64,000 bases of DNA from positions 608,001-672,000 of the forward strand of contig CAWFFH010000003.1 of NCBI GenBank assembly GCA_963815095.1, written 5' to 3'. The position numbers and the translations under genes were made by a program. Shown in pieces: positions 29,912 through 40,279 of the stretch; within the stretch, counting starts at the first letter, position 1, and the number at the start of each line of letters is the position of its first letter. Origin of the DNA: Candidatus Bathyarchaeota archaeon (GTDB taxonomy: Archaea; Thermoproteota; Bathyarchaeia; Bathyarchaeales; Bathycorpusculaceae). A model generated the notes under the pieces. That model saw nothing but the letters and a program-made list of their open reading frames with translations, had not been told where the DNA came from and did no database searches.

Positions 29912-31177
29912 CTATTTCTTTTTAATTGCAAAGATTTTCAAAATTAAGAAAGCACTGAAGAAAGCTGCACCTGCAATTGCGAAAGTTGGAAGATAATTCA
30001 GATGTTGAGCTAAGAAAGGTCCAAGGAAGGAACCCAATGCAGCGCCTAAGCCGACAAGTCCATCAAAGAAACCTGATTTTCCCTCAGGAATAAGCTCCAT
30101 CGATAGAGAAATCATCATTATATAGTACATCGCATAGGCGAATCCGATAAAAATAAGAAGAACAAAAAGGATTCCCGTCAAGGCAGTTGGTGAAAAAGCA
30201 AGTTCAATAACGCCGATCAAGAGGAATATGAGGAGACTGCGGAAAAGTACAAACCTGGGCATCTGTTTTCTTAAATCGATGGACCTTGCGCGGTTACGGA
30301 TTAAGAAATACCCAGCAGTTGCGCCAATCGAATTGAAAATATACGCAATATAGACCATGCTGTTGGGCAGTCCTAAACCAATTTTTAGAAATATCGGCAG
30401 AGGCGTGAAGAAAAGGCTTGTTGCCAAAGAAAACATGACTATAGCAAAAGCAAATCCTAAGAAGTTTTCTTGTTTAAGCGCCCCCTTAAACCGCAAACTG
30501 TATGATTCCATTCCCCGAGACGCAAAATCAAGAGTTCTCTCTATACCTACCAATCGCCGCTCAAATATCATCAACGGGTCAGCAATCAACGCAATTGAAA
30601 GGATGAATGCAACCACACTCAAAATGCTACACAGATACAACGTGTAAGTTGCTAAAACAGCAGGGCTAAAAATAGCCGTAAAAGCAAATAATCCAACGCT
30701 CAAGACCAATCCAATCGCTAACCCAATAATGAAACCAACCTCGGTGACTGCTTCGTAGAAACCGTAGGCTTTCTCCCAGTCTTTGCGGCTGTAGTGCTCG
30801 GCGATTAGAACATTTTTGGGTGCTTCGTGGGAAACGTGAAGAACTTGCATCACCACGTACAAGATAACGAAGAGGATTATGTTTTGGGCAAAAGGCAGCG
30901 CCATCAAGAAGAGAATTATTGCTGAAGAAGAAAACGAAAGAAGAATAAACGCTTTGTAGTGCCGGGTTTTATCACATAGATACCCCCAAAAAAAAGAGGC
31001 AGGTATAGAACAGAAGATAGCGATTGAAGTCATTACTCCCAACGCAACAAGTGAACCACCCAGTATGCCGGTGTCTTTGAAAGTAAATAAGTAGAGCGGT
31101 ATGAAAACGCTCAGCAGTCCGAACGCGATTTCGTGAAAGAAAAAGCCTAGCCGCCACATAGCCACAAACCAATTCAT
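29912..31177 (-). CDS. MFS transporter
   Basis: About 12 TM helices; motif A-like WGYLCDKTRHYK. Confidence 0.88.
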   Translation of the reverse strand: MNWFVAMWRLGFFFHEIAFGLLSVFIPLYLFTFKDTGILGGSLVALGVMTSIAIFCSIPASFFWGYLCDKTRHYKAFILLSFSSSAIILFLMALPFAQNIILFVILYVVMQVLHVSHEAPKNVLIAEHYSRKDWEKAYGFYEAVTEVGFIIGLAIGLVLSVGLFAFTAIFSPAVLATYTLYLCSILSVVAFILSIALIADPLMIFERRLVGIERTLDFASRGMESYSLRFKGALKQENFLGFAFAIVMFSLATSLFFTPLPIFLKIGLGLPNSMVYIAYIFNSIGATAGYFLIRNRARSIDLRKQMPRFVLFRSLLIFLLIGVIELAFSPTALTGILFVLLIFIGFAYAMYYIMMISLSMELIPEGKSGFFDGLVGLGAALGSFLGPFLAQHLNYLPTFAIAGAAFFSAFLILKIFAIKKK

Positions 31178-31302
31178 TGTCGAATTAAAACTTTTACCTG
31201 AAAAATCTGAACATACGTAAAAGCAGTGTTGGAGGGAAAAGAATTATCATAAATCCTTAATAGAGAGAGCAGCCAATTTCATACTCCGCTGGAGAGATAA
31301 TC

Positions 31303-31689
31303 ATGGCAAAGTTCAAGGTAATAGTTTCCGACCCCGAAGCTGGAACATCCAAAGTAGTAGAACTCGAAGAAGCACGTGCTGCCCCCTTCATAGGCAGAAG
31401 AGTTGGCGAAACATTAGATGGCTCAGCAGTAGACCTACCAGCGCACACGGTGCAAATACTTGGCGGCTCCGACAAAGATGGCGTTCCCATGCTGGGAAAT
31501 GTTCACGGCGGTGTACGTCGAAAAGTAGTGCTAAGTGGCGGAGCAGGTTTTAAAGCAAAGAAAAAGGGCGAAAGAAGACGTAAAACAGTCCGCGGAAACG
31601 TAATTACCGACGAAATAGTACAAATCAACTTGAAAATTGTCGAAAGACCAGCAAAGCCTGCAGAAGTCAAGGTAGAGCAAGCGGCATAG
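31303..31689 (+). CDS. rps6e: 30S ribosomal protein S6e (eS6)
   Basis: FKVIVSDP, GGSDKDGVPM, GERRRKTVRGN. Confidence 0.97.
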   Translation: MAKFKVIVSDPEAGTSKVVELEEARAAPFIGRRVGETLDGSAVDLPAHTVQILGGSDKDGVPMLGNVHGGVRRKVVLSGGAGFKAKKKGERRRKTVRGNVITDEIVQINLKIVERPAKPAEVKVEQAA

Positions 31690-31787
31690 TAAGCATATTT
31701 TTGCCCAAGCGCATCTTAAACCTTATAAACTTCCCTAATTAATTCATCCTTTATTCGTCAGTATTTATTGGAAAGAAGAAGAATCAT

Positions 31788-33035
31788 ATGAGTAACACTA
31801 CTAAAGCCTTGCCAAAGCAGCCAGAAGTCAACATTGGCACCATAGGACATGTAGACCATGGAAAAACCACTTTGGTTCAATCATTAACTGGCACTTGGGC
31901 ATCACGTCACAGTGAAGAACTCAAAAGGGGCATTACCATTAAACTGGGTTATGCAGACATGCCAATTTATAAGTGCCCCAAATGTGAGCCACCAAAAAAC
32001 TTTACCATTAAACCTTATTGTGAAACCTGCAATTCAGAAGCAGAATTTGTCCGCGCCATAAGCTTTGTCGACGCGCCTGGCCACGAAGCTTTGATGGCTA
32101 CGATGCTTTCAGGCGCAGCCATAATGGACGGCGCAATCTTGGTCATTGCAGCCGATGAACCGTGTCCTCAACCACAAACACGAGAGCACCTTGCAGCCGC
32201 AGAAGTTAGCGGAATAAAGAACCTAATTATCGTTCAGAACAAAATCGACATCGTAGACGAGAAAAGAGCGATAGAAAGCTACAAAGAAATCAAAGCCTTC
32301 GTCAAAGGCACGGTAGCTGAAACCGCCCCCATTATCCCAATCTCTGCCCAACGTGGAATAAACATCGATGTTCTACTAACTGCTATACAAACACTTATTC
32401 CCACACCAAAAAGGGATGAAACCAAACCGCCAATGATGTTCATCATCCGCTCATTTGACGTTAACAAACCAGGAACAACCATCGAAGGGTTAGAAGGCGG
32501 CATCATTGGAGGAACCATTGCCCAAGGCAAATTTGCCGTTGGAGAAGAAATAGAAATTCGCCCCGGCGTAATGGCTGAGCGAGAAGGCAAAACAGTCTAC
32601 GACCCCTTAATCAGCGAAATAGTCAGTCTTCAAGCAGGCAATGATGACGTCAAAGAAGCCACATGCGGCGGACTAGTAGGAGTAGGAACTTGCCTAGACC
32701 CATCCTATTCAAAAGCAGACGGCTTAACAGGCAGCATCGCCGGAAGAACAGGTGAACTACCGCCAACACTAACCGAACTCACATTGGAAACCCACGTTTT
32801 AGAACGCGCCGTTGGAACCAAGGAACTTTTAAAGGTAGAAAAAATTAACCCTGACGAAGCTCTATTGCTCCACGTTGGATCCGCCGTTAACGTCGGCAAA
32901 GTTATCTCAATCAAACAGAACATAATTAAAGTAAAGTTGACTAGACCAATTTGCGCGTTACCAGGCTCAAGAGTTGCCATCAGCAGAAAAATAACTGCAA
33001 GGTGGAGACTCATCGGGTACGGACTCGTAAAATAA
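31788..33035 (+). CDS. eif2g: Translation initiation factor 2 gamma subunit
   Basis: NIGTIGHVDHGKTT, EELKRGITIKLGY, DAPGHE, QPQTREH, WRLIGYG. Confidence 0.98.
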   Translation: MSNTTKALPKQPEVNIGTIGHVDHGKTTLVQSLTGTWASRHSEELKRGITIKLGYADMPIYKCPKCEPPKNFTIKPYCETCNSEAEFVRAISFVDAPGHEALMATMLSGAAIMDGAILVIAADEPCPQPQTREHLAAAEVSGIKNLIIVQNKIDIVDEKRAIESYKEIKAFVKGTVAETAPIIPISAQRGINIDVLLTAIQTLIPTPKRDETKPPMMFIIRSFDVNKPGTTIEGLEGGIIGGTIAQGKFAVGEEIEIRPGVMAEREGKTVYDPLISEIVSLQAGNDDVKEATCGGLVGVGTCLDPSYSKADGLTGSIAGRTGELPPTLTELTLETHVLERAVGTKELLKVEKINPDEALLLHVGSAVNVGKVISIKQNIIKVKLTRPICALPGSRVAISRKITARWRLIGYGLVK

Positions 33036-33039
33036 GCAC

Positions 33040-33480
33040 TTAGTCTTTTACTATTTCCTGTTTCTTTAGGAAATCGTGTGCTTTCTGCAACACATCTTTA
33101 GCGTTTTTGAAATTTAATTTTTCCATAGCATGCTTATAATCCAGCCAAATGAAGCCCACATGCTCAAAAGATAACTCCACTTTATCAGTATGCGTCTCGA
33201 TTATGAAGAACACGACTTCTTTATGAACGGTTAAGCCTTGGCGACGGTAGAAGTAAGCTATGGTTTCTTTAAAGCTGTCTAGGAAGGTAGCGTCGGTTAT
33301 GCCTGTTTCTTCTTGGAGTTCGCGGAGGACCGTTTCTTTTTCTGTCTCGTTGAGTTCAACATTGCCTTTGACGAAGTCCCAATGCCCCGCCGTATAATTG
33401 AGAAGAAGATATTTTGTTTGGTCTTCTTTTTTAATGAATACTACTGCCCCGCATGATTTCTCGCGAATCACTACATTCAC
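33040..33480 (-). CDS. NUDIX hydrolase (Ap4A hydrolase-like)
   Basis: SCGAVVF, HWDFVKGNVE...RELQEETG, LSFEH. Confidence 0.9.
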   Translation of the reverse strand: MNVVIREKSCGAVVFIKKEDQTKYLLLNYTAGHWDFVKGNVELNETEKETVLRELQEETGITDATFLDSFKETIAYFYRRQGLTVHKEVVFFIIETHTDKVELSFEHVGFIWLDYKHAMEKLNFKNAKDVLQKAHDFLKKQEIVKD

Positions 33481-33599
33481 CTAGCTGTTCTCAATTCATT
33501 TATTCTAGCTATTTAAAGTAATACTAAAAGCCAAGCTAAGCCTGCAAAACAAAATGTTTTAAGCACCCAAAACAACGTTAGAAAACAGGAGCATGCTCA

Positions 33600-34028
33600 G
33601 TGTCGGCTTTAACGCCTAAAAATATTCAACCTCTAAAAATAATTTTAGACTCAAACGCTCTATTTGTTCCGTTGGAGTTTAAGATTGATATCTTTGAAGA
33701 GTTGAAGCGGCTGCTGAATCGTAACGTAGAGTTTATTTTGCTTTCATCGGTAAAGCGTGAACTTGAGTTGCTTGCAGCTAAGGATTCATCTGGGATTCGC
33801 AGAGAGGCCCTTTTCGCGTTAAAATTGGCTGAAAAATGTAAGTACGTGCCGGTTGAAAACGATGAAAAGTTGACGACTGACGACGCTATTGTAAGGGTAG
33901 CTAAAAAATGGAATTCGCCCGTGTTTACGAACGATATACAATTAAAGAGGAAGCTAAGAGATATAAGTGTGCCAGTGATTTATGTGAGACAAAAATCGCG
34001 TCTAGACATTGACGGGATGATATCGTAG
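33600..34028 (+). CDS. PIN-domain protein (Utp24/Fcf1-like, COG1412)
   Basis: IILDSNAL, DDAI, TNDIQLKRKL; conserved position upstream of rpoE1. Confidence 0.88.
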   Translation: MSALTPKNIQPLKIILDSNALFVPLEFKIDIFEELKRLLNRNVEFILLSSVKRELELLAAKDSSGIRREALFALKLAEKCKYVPVENDEKLTTDDAIVRVAKKWNSPVFTNDIQLKRKLRDISVPVIYVRQKSRLDIDGMIS

Positions 34029-34619
34029 ATGTTCAAACTAATTACTCTTCAAGACACTATTCGTATTCCGCCCGAAACCTTCGGTAAGCCACTTGAGAAA
34101 GTTGGCCGCGAACAAGTTAAACAAAAGTACGAGGGAATCGTGGATGAAGAATTAGGATATGTCATAGCAGTTACAGGTATAGAAGTAAGTCCGATTGGGA
34201 AAATTATACCTGGCGACGGCGCAACATTCCATAAAGTAATCTTTTCGCTATTAGCATTCTATCCGATAATTCAAGAAGTCGTTGAAGGCGACGTTGTTGA
34301 AATCGCTGATTTCGGCGCTTTCGTCCGCATTGGACCAGTCGACGCATTACTGCACGTCTCACAACTCATGGACGACTACATCTCATACGACGAAAAACAA
34401 GGCGTCTTGTTGGGAAAAGAAAGCAAACGTAAGCTAACAACAGGCGACCAAGTGCGCGTTAGAATAACCGCAGTATCTTTGGGCCGAATTGGAAGCTCTG
34501 GTAAAATCGGCGTCACCGCAAGACAACCATTCCTTGGCAAGTTAGATTGGCTAAAAATGGACCAAGCCAAGGGTGCACCCGAAAAGAAGCCAGCCGAAAC
34601 CTCAGAGAAGGCAGCATAA
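34029..34619 (+). CDS. rpoE1: RNA polymerase subunit Rpo7 (E')
   Basis: IRIPP, GKIIPGDGA, FGAFVRIGPVDALLHVSQ, RQPFLGK. Confidence 0.97.
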   Translation: MFKLITLQDTIRIPPETFGKPLEKVGREQVKQKYEGIVDEELGYVIAVTGIEVSPIGKIIPGDGATFHKVIFSLLAFYPIIQEVVEGDVVEIADFGAFVRIGPVDALLHVSQLMDDYISYDEKQGVLLGKESKRKLTTGDQVRVRITAVSLGRIGSSGKIGVTARQPFLGKLDWLKMDQAKGAPEKKPAETSEKAA

Positions 34620-34633
34620 GAGGATTGAGTTGA

Positions 34634-34819
34634 ATGAGCGAAAAAGCATGTACAAACTGCCATAATATTACTAAAGATAACGTTTGTTCAAAGTGTAAAG
34701 CGACTAATTTTAGTGAAGATTTCAGCGGTCTAGTAGTAATGTTTGACCCAGAAAACTCTGCCATAGCAAAAGCGATGAATATTAAAGAAAAAGGTCGATA
34801 CGCACTAAAAGTCCGTTAA
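34634..34819 (+). CDS. spt4: Transcription elongation factor Spt4 (RpoE'')
   Basis: ACTNCH...CSKC, DPENSAIAK, GRYALKVR. Confidence 0.95.
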   Translation: MSEKACTNCHNITKDNVCSKCKATNFSEDFSGLVVMFDPENSAIAKAMNIKEKGRYALKVR

Positions 34820-34879
34820 ACTTTGGTTCGCGGTAGCTTCATAACCCACCGAGCATTTTCTATTTTATAAGGTCTAAAG

Positions 34880-35407
34880 ATGACAATAGCGTACACTTTA
34901 ACGCCTGAGCTTCGCATAAAATTAAAAGACCCCTTCGGCAACCTTATCCAAGGCACATCAGAAGAAACTATGACAAAAATGAAGGACCTGGTCGAAAAAG
35001 AAAAGCCGTCTAAGATAATTTCTGTTGGAGACATCGTTTCCCGTAACCTCCACAAACATAACATCGATCCACAATTAACAATAATTGACAATGTTTCTCT
35101 AAGAGACCAACCAATCCCCAAAGAAGACAGTGTGGAAAAAACATTTAATGTGGATAATCCGCAGGGAACTATAACCCAAGAAGCAATTGCCGCTATCAAA
35201 AAAGCGTTAGAAAGTAATGAGCACACCCACATCGTGGTAAGGGGCGAGGAAGATTTGCTTACGCTTATAGCGGTTTTGTATGCACCAGAAAATGCTTTCG
35301 TGGTCTACGGGCAGCCATATTTGGGCATTGTAATTGTTAAAGTAACATCTGAGAAGAAAGCGCACGTTAACGAGTTCCTAAACGCCATGAAATCTTCGAA
35401 AAGCTAA
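34880..35407 (+). CDS. GTP-dependent dephospho-CoA kinase (DUF359/COG1909)
   Basis: LKDPFG, VGDIVS, NPQGTIT, GEEDLL, YGQP. Confidence 0.9.
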   Translation: MTIAYTLTPELRIKLKDPFGNLIQGTSEETMTKMKDLVEKEKPSKIISVGDIVSRNLHKHNIDPQLTIIDNVSLRDQPIPKEDSVEKTFNVDNPQGTITQEAIAAIKKALESNEHTHIVVRGEEDLLTLIAVLYAPENAFVVYGQPYLGIVIVKVTSEKKAHVNEFLNAMKSSKS

Positions 35408-35450
35408 ATAAGAAGAGTATTGTATGAATTTACGCCTTAAGTGAACACTA

Positions 35451-35762
35451 ATGCAAGTCAAAATAGATTCAACCAAGAATAACCCACTACTCAAACGGAA
35501 AGAAGTAGGTTTCACTATCGTTTCGGGTCCAAAAGAGAAAACTCCAAAACGATTAGATGTAAAGAAAGGTGTAGCCATTGAAATGCAAATAGGCGACGAG
35601 GTAGTTTTCATTAAGAGAATGCACACCAAAACAGGAACTAGCATAACTGTTGGAGATGCTAACGTTTATCAATCCGTTGCTCAAGCAAAACTAGTCGAAC
35701 CAGATTACATCAGGAAACGTAACAGTCCACCTGAAAAGCCAAAAGATGAGGCGAAACCATAA
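35451..35762 (+). CDS. rps24e: 30S ribosomal protein S24e (eS24)
   Basis: NPLLKRKEV, TPKR, EPDYIRKRN. Confidence 0.93.
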   Translation: MQVKIDSTKNNPLLKRKEVGFTIVSGPKEKTPKRLDVKKGVAIEMQIGDEVVFIKRMHTKTGTSITVGDANVYQSVAQAKLVEPDYIRKRNSPPEKPKDEAKP

Positions 35763-36055
35763 TGCCAGTTAAACCAGCCCCAAAGAAAGAAGAACCAGCA
35801 AAGAAGGAAGAGGCAAAACCAGCAGCTGCAGCAGAAGCAGCGTCATCAGCACCGAAAGTTCAAAAAGCCGACAAGAAACGCGAAAAAAAACATAAAGAGG
35901 AAAAAGGCGTCCGCGCAATGTACAAAGGTGAAGGCGAAAAAGTTTCTAGGACACGACCAACTTGCGAACGATGCGGACCAGGATATTTCATGGGCGATCA
36001 CCATGACAGGTATACTTGTGGCCACTGTGGCTTTACACGATACAAGCAAAAATAA
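35762..36055 (+). CDS. rps27ae: 30S ribosomal protein S27ae (eS31) with low-complexity N-terminal extension
   Basis: CERCGPGYFMGDHHDRYTCGHCGFT; follows rps24e. Confidence 0.93.
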   Translation: MPVKPAPKKEEPAKKEEAKPAAAAEAASSAPKVQKADKKREKKHKEEKGVRAMYKGEGEKVSRTRPTCERCGPGYFMGDHHDRYTCGHCGFTRYKQK

Positions 36056-36107
36056 ACAGTAAGCAGTTTTAAATCTTCCAACTGCAATTATTCTTTTTTG
36101 ACCCATC

Positions 36108-36536
36108 ATGCTGAAAGTGAACGTAGTCATAACTAGCGTTTCTGCAGAACGATTCTGGGATATCAGAAAACCTGTTCCGCCCATTCAAATTAGCACAAAC
36201 ATTAACGTTGTTGGGATGGAAAAAAAGCAAGATGAATCCCTTGAGGTGCCGTTTGTTTTGTCGATTGTTTATAATCCATCCATTGCTCAGATGAGCTTAA
36301 AGGGGATTGCTTACGTAAACGGCGAAAAAAGCGAAGTTGACAAAGTTCTCAAAGATTACGATCAAAAGAAACCGCCGGCGCAAATAATAATCCAATCAAT
36401 ATCCAACGTTGTCTTCATTGAGTCAGTTCTTATTTCAAGAACGTTGAATATTCCGCCGCCAATTCCTCTGCCACAAATTCCTGAGACTGGAAAACCTGTA
36501 AGCACCAAGCCTGAGGGACGAGATTACAGCGCCTAA
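36108..36536 (+). CDS. Conserved archaeal hypothetical protein (possible SecB-like fold)
   Basis: Beta-rich N-terminal part, helix, then LNIPPPIPLP. Confidence 0.7.
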   Translation: MLKVNVVITSVSAERFWDIRKPVPPIQISTNINVVGMEKKQDESLEVPFVLSIVYNPSIAQMSLKGIAYVNGEKSEVDKVLKDYDQKKPPAQIIIQSISNVVFIESVLISRTLNIPPPIPLPQIPETGKPVSTKPEGRDYSA

Positions 36537-36560
36537 AGAAACTACTGCCTCAGCAATTTC

Positions 36561-36902
36561 TTAGTTAAACTGAGAACCCGAAATTGCTGCGTTGCCAACG
36601 GTATTTTCAATCTTATTAATTACGCCAAATACAAATTTGTATGGTTTGGCACGTTCTTGATTGATTCTGGTTTCTAGATAATACGGATGCCTTACTGCTG
36701 AAGTCATGTATAGTTTTTCGATTTGTGCTTTGGGATGCAAAGACGAATTAAAATGGAAGACCTCGTGGCTATCTCCTTCTTCAAGCTTTAGGGCGGCGTA
36801 AACTTCGAAGGCAAATACTGAACCGGTGCTTAGAAAGGATTTGTAAACGAATATACAATACTGAGTTTAGGGTCACTTCAAGCGGGTTTTAGCGTTTTTC
36901 AT
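36561..36902 (-). pseudogene. Possible degraded ORF
   Basis: ATG 36902 gives MKNAKTRLK*P*, followed in the same frame by about 100 open codons to TAA 36561. Confidence 0.3.
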
Positions 36903-36994
36903 CAGCAATTAAAATTTTGAAAAAGGGTCATTCAAGTTTATAGTGTGCTAAATCATCAACAAAACAAAGAAGAAAATAGAGAAAAAGAAACAGT

Positions 36995-37399
36995 TTATTT
37001 TAGTGGCACATACATTGACGAACGTGACGCACCAATACCAGGAGTTCCATGTCGGACAGGCTTGTTGGTTATAGCGAATTCGCCTAGGTAGTGTCCAATC
37101 ATTTCTGGCCTGATTTCCATTGCAACGAATTCTTTACCGTTATGAACACCAATTTTTGCTCCCACCATCTCTGGAAGAATGATTAGGTCTCGGACGTGAG
37201 TTTTAATGTTGACGTCTTTGCCTTCTTTTTGAGCTTCTTTGGCTTCGCGTAGTTTCTCGAGCAGTATCCGTTGTTCTGCTGTTAGTCCGCGTTGTAGGCT
37301 TCTTCTTTGGCGTGAGGGAAGCATATTGATGAATTCATCCATAGACATAGCTGTTAAACTGTTGAGGCTGTGTCCACGGAAGCTAAATTCTTTCGGCAT
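36995..37399 (-). CDS. rps19p: 30S ribosomal protein S19 (uS19)
   Basis: [33 protein letters not shown]. Confidence 0.97.
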   Translation of the reverse strand: MPKEFSFRGHSLNSLTAMSMDEFINMLPSRQRRSLQRGLTAEQRILLEKLREAKEAQKEGKDVNIKTHVRDLIILPEMVGAKIGVHNGKEFVAMEIRPEMIGHYLGEFAITNKPVRHGTPGIGASRSSMYVPLK

Positions 37400-37442
37400 T
37401 TTTCATCTTCACCTAAACTTATTTTTCCTCTATTATAGTTTC

Positions 37443-38183
37443 CTAGCGAATTGCCCGTTTCTTTTTCTGTCCTGGACCCCTAGCTGCGATCAATCCGACT
37501 TTCTGTCCTGGCGGTGCACCGTGGGAGGTTGTTGTACATCTGCGAGAGCTGCGTTTGCTGCTTCCGAATGGGTGACATGCTGGAACCATTTTACGACCGC
37601 TAGTTCTCGGGTATGAATGACCTTTAGCTTTCATTAAGTGGAACTTGGAGCCCGCCTTAAGGAATGGCTTTTCGATTCTTCCAGAAGCAGAAATTACACC
37701 GACAGTCGATAAACAGTAATCGTCAACATAGCGTGTTCGACCAGAGGGCAATCGAATCATAGTACCTTGTGGAGTGTGACCGACAACAGTGGCGTAAGCG
37801 CCTGAAGACTTTGCCATTTTTCCTCCGTCACCTGGACGAAGTTCAAGATCGCAAACGATTGTTCCTTCAGGAACTTTGCCCAAAGGTATAATGTTGCCTA
37901 TTTCAGCTGGAGCTTTTCCGCCATAGCAGATTTTTTGTCCTGTGAAAACGCCTTCAGGAACAACGGTATAAATTGATAAGCCATTCTCGAATTTGACCAG
38001 TGATAGTGGCGAACCACGACCTGGATCATGAACAAGATCTTCTATAGTACCGGTTAGTGAAAGCTCAAAGGATTGTTTGGGTGCTATTGCAGGATATTTT
38101 GCTGGAGCAACACGTTTGTGAGTGTTAGCGCGGAAGTTTCGTCCACCGCGACCACGTCTTTGAACACGAATTCGTTTTCCCAT
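37443..38183 (-). CDS. rpl2p: 50S ribosomal protein L2 (uL2)
   Basis: MGKRIRVQRRGRG, HDPGRG, KPFLKAG, PPGQKVGLIAAR. Confidence 0.97.
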   Translation of the reverse strand: MGKRIRVQRRGRGGRNFRANTHKRVAPAKYPAIAPKQSFELSLTGTIEDLVHDPGRGSPLSLVKFENGLSIYTVVPEGVFTGQKICYGGKAPAEIGNIIPLGKVPEGTIVCDLELRPGDGGKMAKSSGAYATVVGHTPQGTMIRLPSGRTRYVDDYCLSTVGVISASGRIEKPFLKAGSKFHLMKAKGHSYPRTSGRKMVPACHPFGSSKRSSRRCTTTSHGAPPGQKVGLIAARGPGQKKKRAIR

Positions 38184-38203
38184 AAGTCATGCCTTCAATA
38201 AGT

Positions 38204-38473
38204 TTAGAGTATTCCTAGCTTAATTGCAACGTCTGAAGCTTTGAATTCTGGTTTTAGCTTTACGAACGCTTTCTTTACGCCTTGTGGAGTAATGAGCATG
38301 TTTATTTTGCTTACTTTGACTTCGTAGAGTGTCTCAACGGCGCGTTTAACGTCGGTTTTGCCTGCTTTGAGGTTAACGATAAAGATTAGTTTGTTGTCTT
38401 TTTCAACCATTACGCTGGCGGATTCCGTCATTAGCGGAAAAGTGATTATATCATTAATATCCATTATATTCAT
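38204..38473 (-). CDS. rpl23: 50S ribosomal protein L23 (uL23)
   Basis: NKLIFIV, KKAFVKL, ASDVAIKLGIL. Confidence 0.96.
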   Translation of the reverse strand: MNIMDINDIITFPLMTESASVMVEKDNKLIFIVNLKAGKTDVKRAVETLYEVKVSKINMLITPQGVKKAFVKLKPEFKASDVAIKLGIL

Positions 38474-39249
38474 TCTCCATAAAGAGTGTCTAATTTTTCG
38501 ATAGCGCCATTAGTCCAAACAGTTAATCTTCCTGGATGAGTTCCAGGTGCGAGCATTTCAGTGTTAAGGTTAGTTACGGTTGTTACTTGTACGCCTGGAA
38601 GGTTACTTGCAGCGTTAACTAAGCTTTTACCATCAACAACCACTATTAGTGGGCCAACGGCTTGCTTCATCTTTCTGCCTCTCCGCTTACCTTTACCAGC
38701 ACGGATGCTACGGCTGTCGCGTACTCGAATCAAGTCCTCAGCTATGCCAAGGCTGGTTAATGCATCTTCGACTTCTTTTGCCTTCATTAATCCTTCAAGA
38801 GCATCCTCAACTACTAACGGAAACTGTTGAGCACTCCCGATTTTGTGTCCGCGGGATGTGATTGTTTCTTTTTGTGCTGTTGCTGCTATTGCGGAAATTA
38901 AGGCTAATTTTGCTTCTTTCTTTGGAATAGCGCGCAGTATTTTCTTTTCTGCTCTTGGTGGGTGAGGTTGTCTTCCTTTAACGGTGCTTGGAGCGAAAGC
39001 TGCTCTTCCACTGCCGCTTTTTATGCGTGGAACTCTTGCAGTTGCGCTGCCGGTTCCGCGTGATTCTGCAGTGGTTTTCTTTCCAGCCATAGGGTCTCTG
39101 CCTTGCTTCTGTCTTCTGTTAGATTGAATAGCTAAGACAGCACGTTTTATTACGTCGGGTCTCAGTGGTGTAGAGAAAACGCTTGGAAGCGCAATTTTAC
39201 CTGTTGCTTTGCCTTGCAAGTCAAAGATTTCTGCTGTTTTTTGTGCCAT
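38470..39249 (-). CDS. rpl4p: 50S ribosomal protein L4 (uL4)
   Basis: RPDVIKRAV, ARVPR, RAGKGKRRGR, LAPGTHPGRLTVWT. Confidence 0.97.
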   Translation of the reverse strand: MAQKTAEIFDLQGKATGKIALPSVFSTPLRPDVIKRAVLAIQSNRRQKQGRDPMAGKKTTAESRGTGSATARVPRIKSGSGRAAFAPSTVKGRQPHPPRAEKKILRAIPKKEAKLALISAIAATAQKETITSRGHKIGSAQQFPLVVEDALEGLMKAKEVEDALTSLGIAEDLIRVRDSRSIRAGKGKRRGRKMKQAVGPLIVVVDGKSLVNAASNLPGVQVTTVTNLNTEMLAPGTHPGRLTVWTNGAIEKLDTLYGE

Positions 39250-39262
39250 GGCTTATTTCTCC

Positions 39263-40279
39263 TTATTTTCCTTGTGGGGACTCCAGCGATATATATGTGA
39301 CTTGTGGTGCTGCTTCTGGTGTTTCGGTGGGTGGACGTGCTGGAACTCTTAGGCGGATTTGGCGTTTTTCTGTTCCAGGTACGCTGCCTGCGATTAGGAT
39401 GTATGGACCATTTACTTCGCCGTAACGGACATATCCACCTTTTACGGTGACTTCTTTGCCGTTTTTGCCGATTTTTAGTATTCGTTTGTTGAATTCGATG
39501 CGTTGGTGATATCCCATTTGGCCTGCTCTTGGAATAGAGTACATTAAGTGGTGAGGATTCCATGGACCTAAAGTGGCGATTCCTCGTTTTGTTTTTCTGC
39601 CTTTATGCTGTAGGCAAGTTACTCCCCAACGTTTAACTGGACCTTGGAAACCTTTGCCAACGGTAATTCCACCGACATCGATGTATTGTCCATCTTTGAA
39701 GACTTCTTCAGGAGTTACGGTTTTTCCTAAGAGTTGTTTTGCATATTCGAATTGCTGTGCGATTGTTCCGCCGCCGATTTGGATTTCGCTTGTTTCAGGT
39801 TTCTTCTTTGAGAGACTGGTTTGTGATGGTTGTGTTGCGGCGATGACTCGAACTATGTCTGTTTGTTCGAGGTTTTGTGAGAGTTTCTCGAGCATTTCTT
39901 CGGTGTTAAAGTTATCTGGCAAAACTAGTTTTCGGTCTAGTATTGCTGGTGGGTCTTTCATCCATGCCTCTGTTATGTTTTTGAGCCCATATGGTGTTTT
40001 AGTGTAAGTTCTAATGCCACATACAAGGATAGGTGGCGTTTCAAGTATGGTTACTGCTCGAGCAACTTCTTTTCCGAAATGAGGAGAACGTTTACGGTCC
40101 TCGATTGTGAATACATAAGTCATGCCTGCCTTGTAGGCTGCTGAGTAACCAAGTAGTTTAGGAGATTCTGACTTTGTTTCTGGCCAGTATCTTATTCGTG
40201 CAGTTGGTTTCTTTGCACGGTGCCTTGGTAAATAGGCTAATGAACCATGTTTTGGAGCATGAGTTTTACGATGTCCCAT
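39263..40279 (-). CDS. rpl3p: 50S ribosomal protein L3 (uL3)
   Basis: Start at ATG 40279 (MGHRKTHAPKHGSL), YKAGMT, GKGFQGPVKRWG, GQMGYHQR. Confidence 0.97.
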   Translation of the reverse strand: MGHRKTHAPKHGSLAYLPRHRAKKPTARIRYWPETKSESPKLLGYSAAYKAGMTYVFTIEDRKRSPHFGKEVARAVTILETPPILVCGIRTYTKTPYGLKNITEAWMKDPPAILDRKLVLPDNFNTEEMLEKLSQNLEQTDIVRVIAATQPSQTSLSKKKPETSEIQIGGGTIAQQFEYAKQLLGKTVTPEEVFKDGQYIDVGGITVGKGFQGPVKRWGVTCLQHKGRKTKRGIATLGPWNPHHLMYSIPRAGQMGYHQRIEFNKRILKIGKNGKEVTVKGGYVRYGEVNGPYILIAGSVPGTEKRQIRLRVPARPPTETPEAAPQVTYISLESPQGK

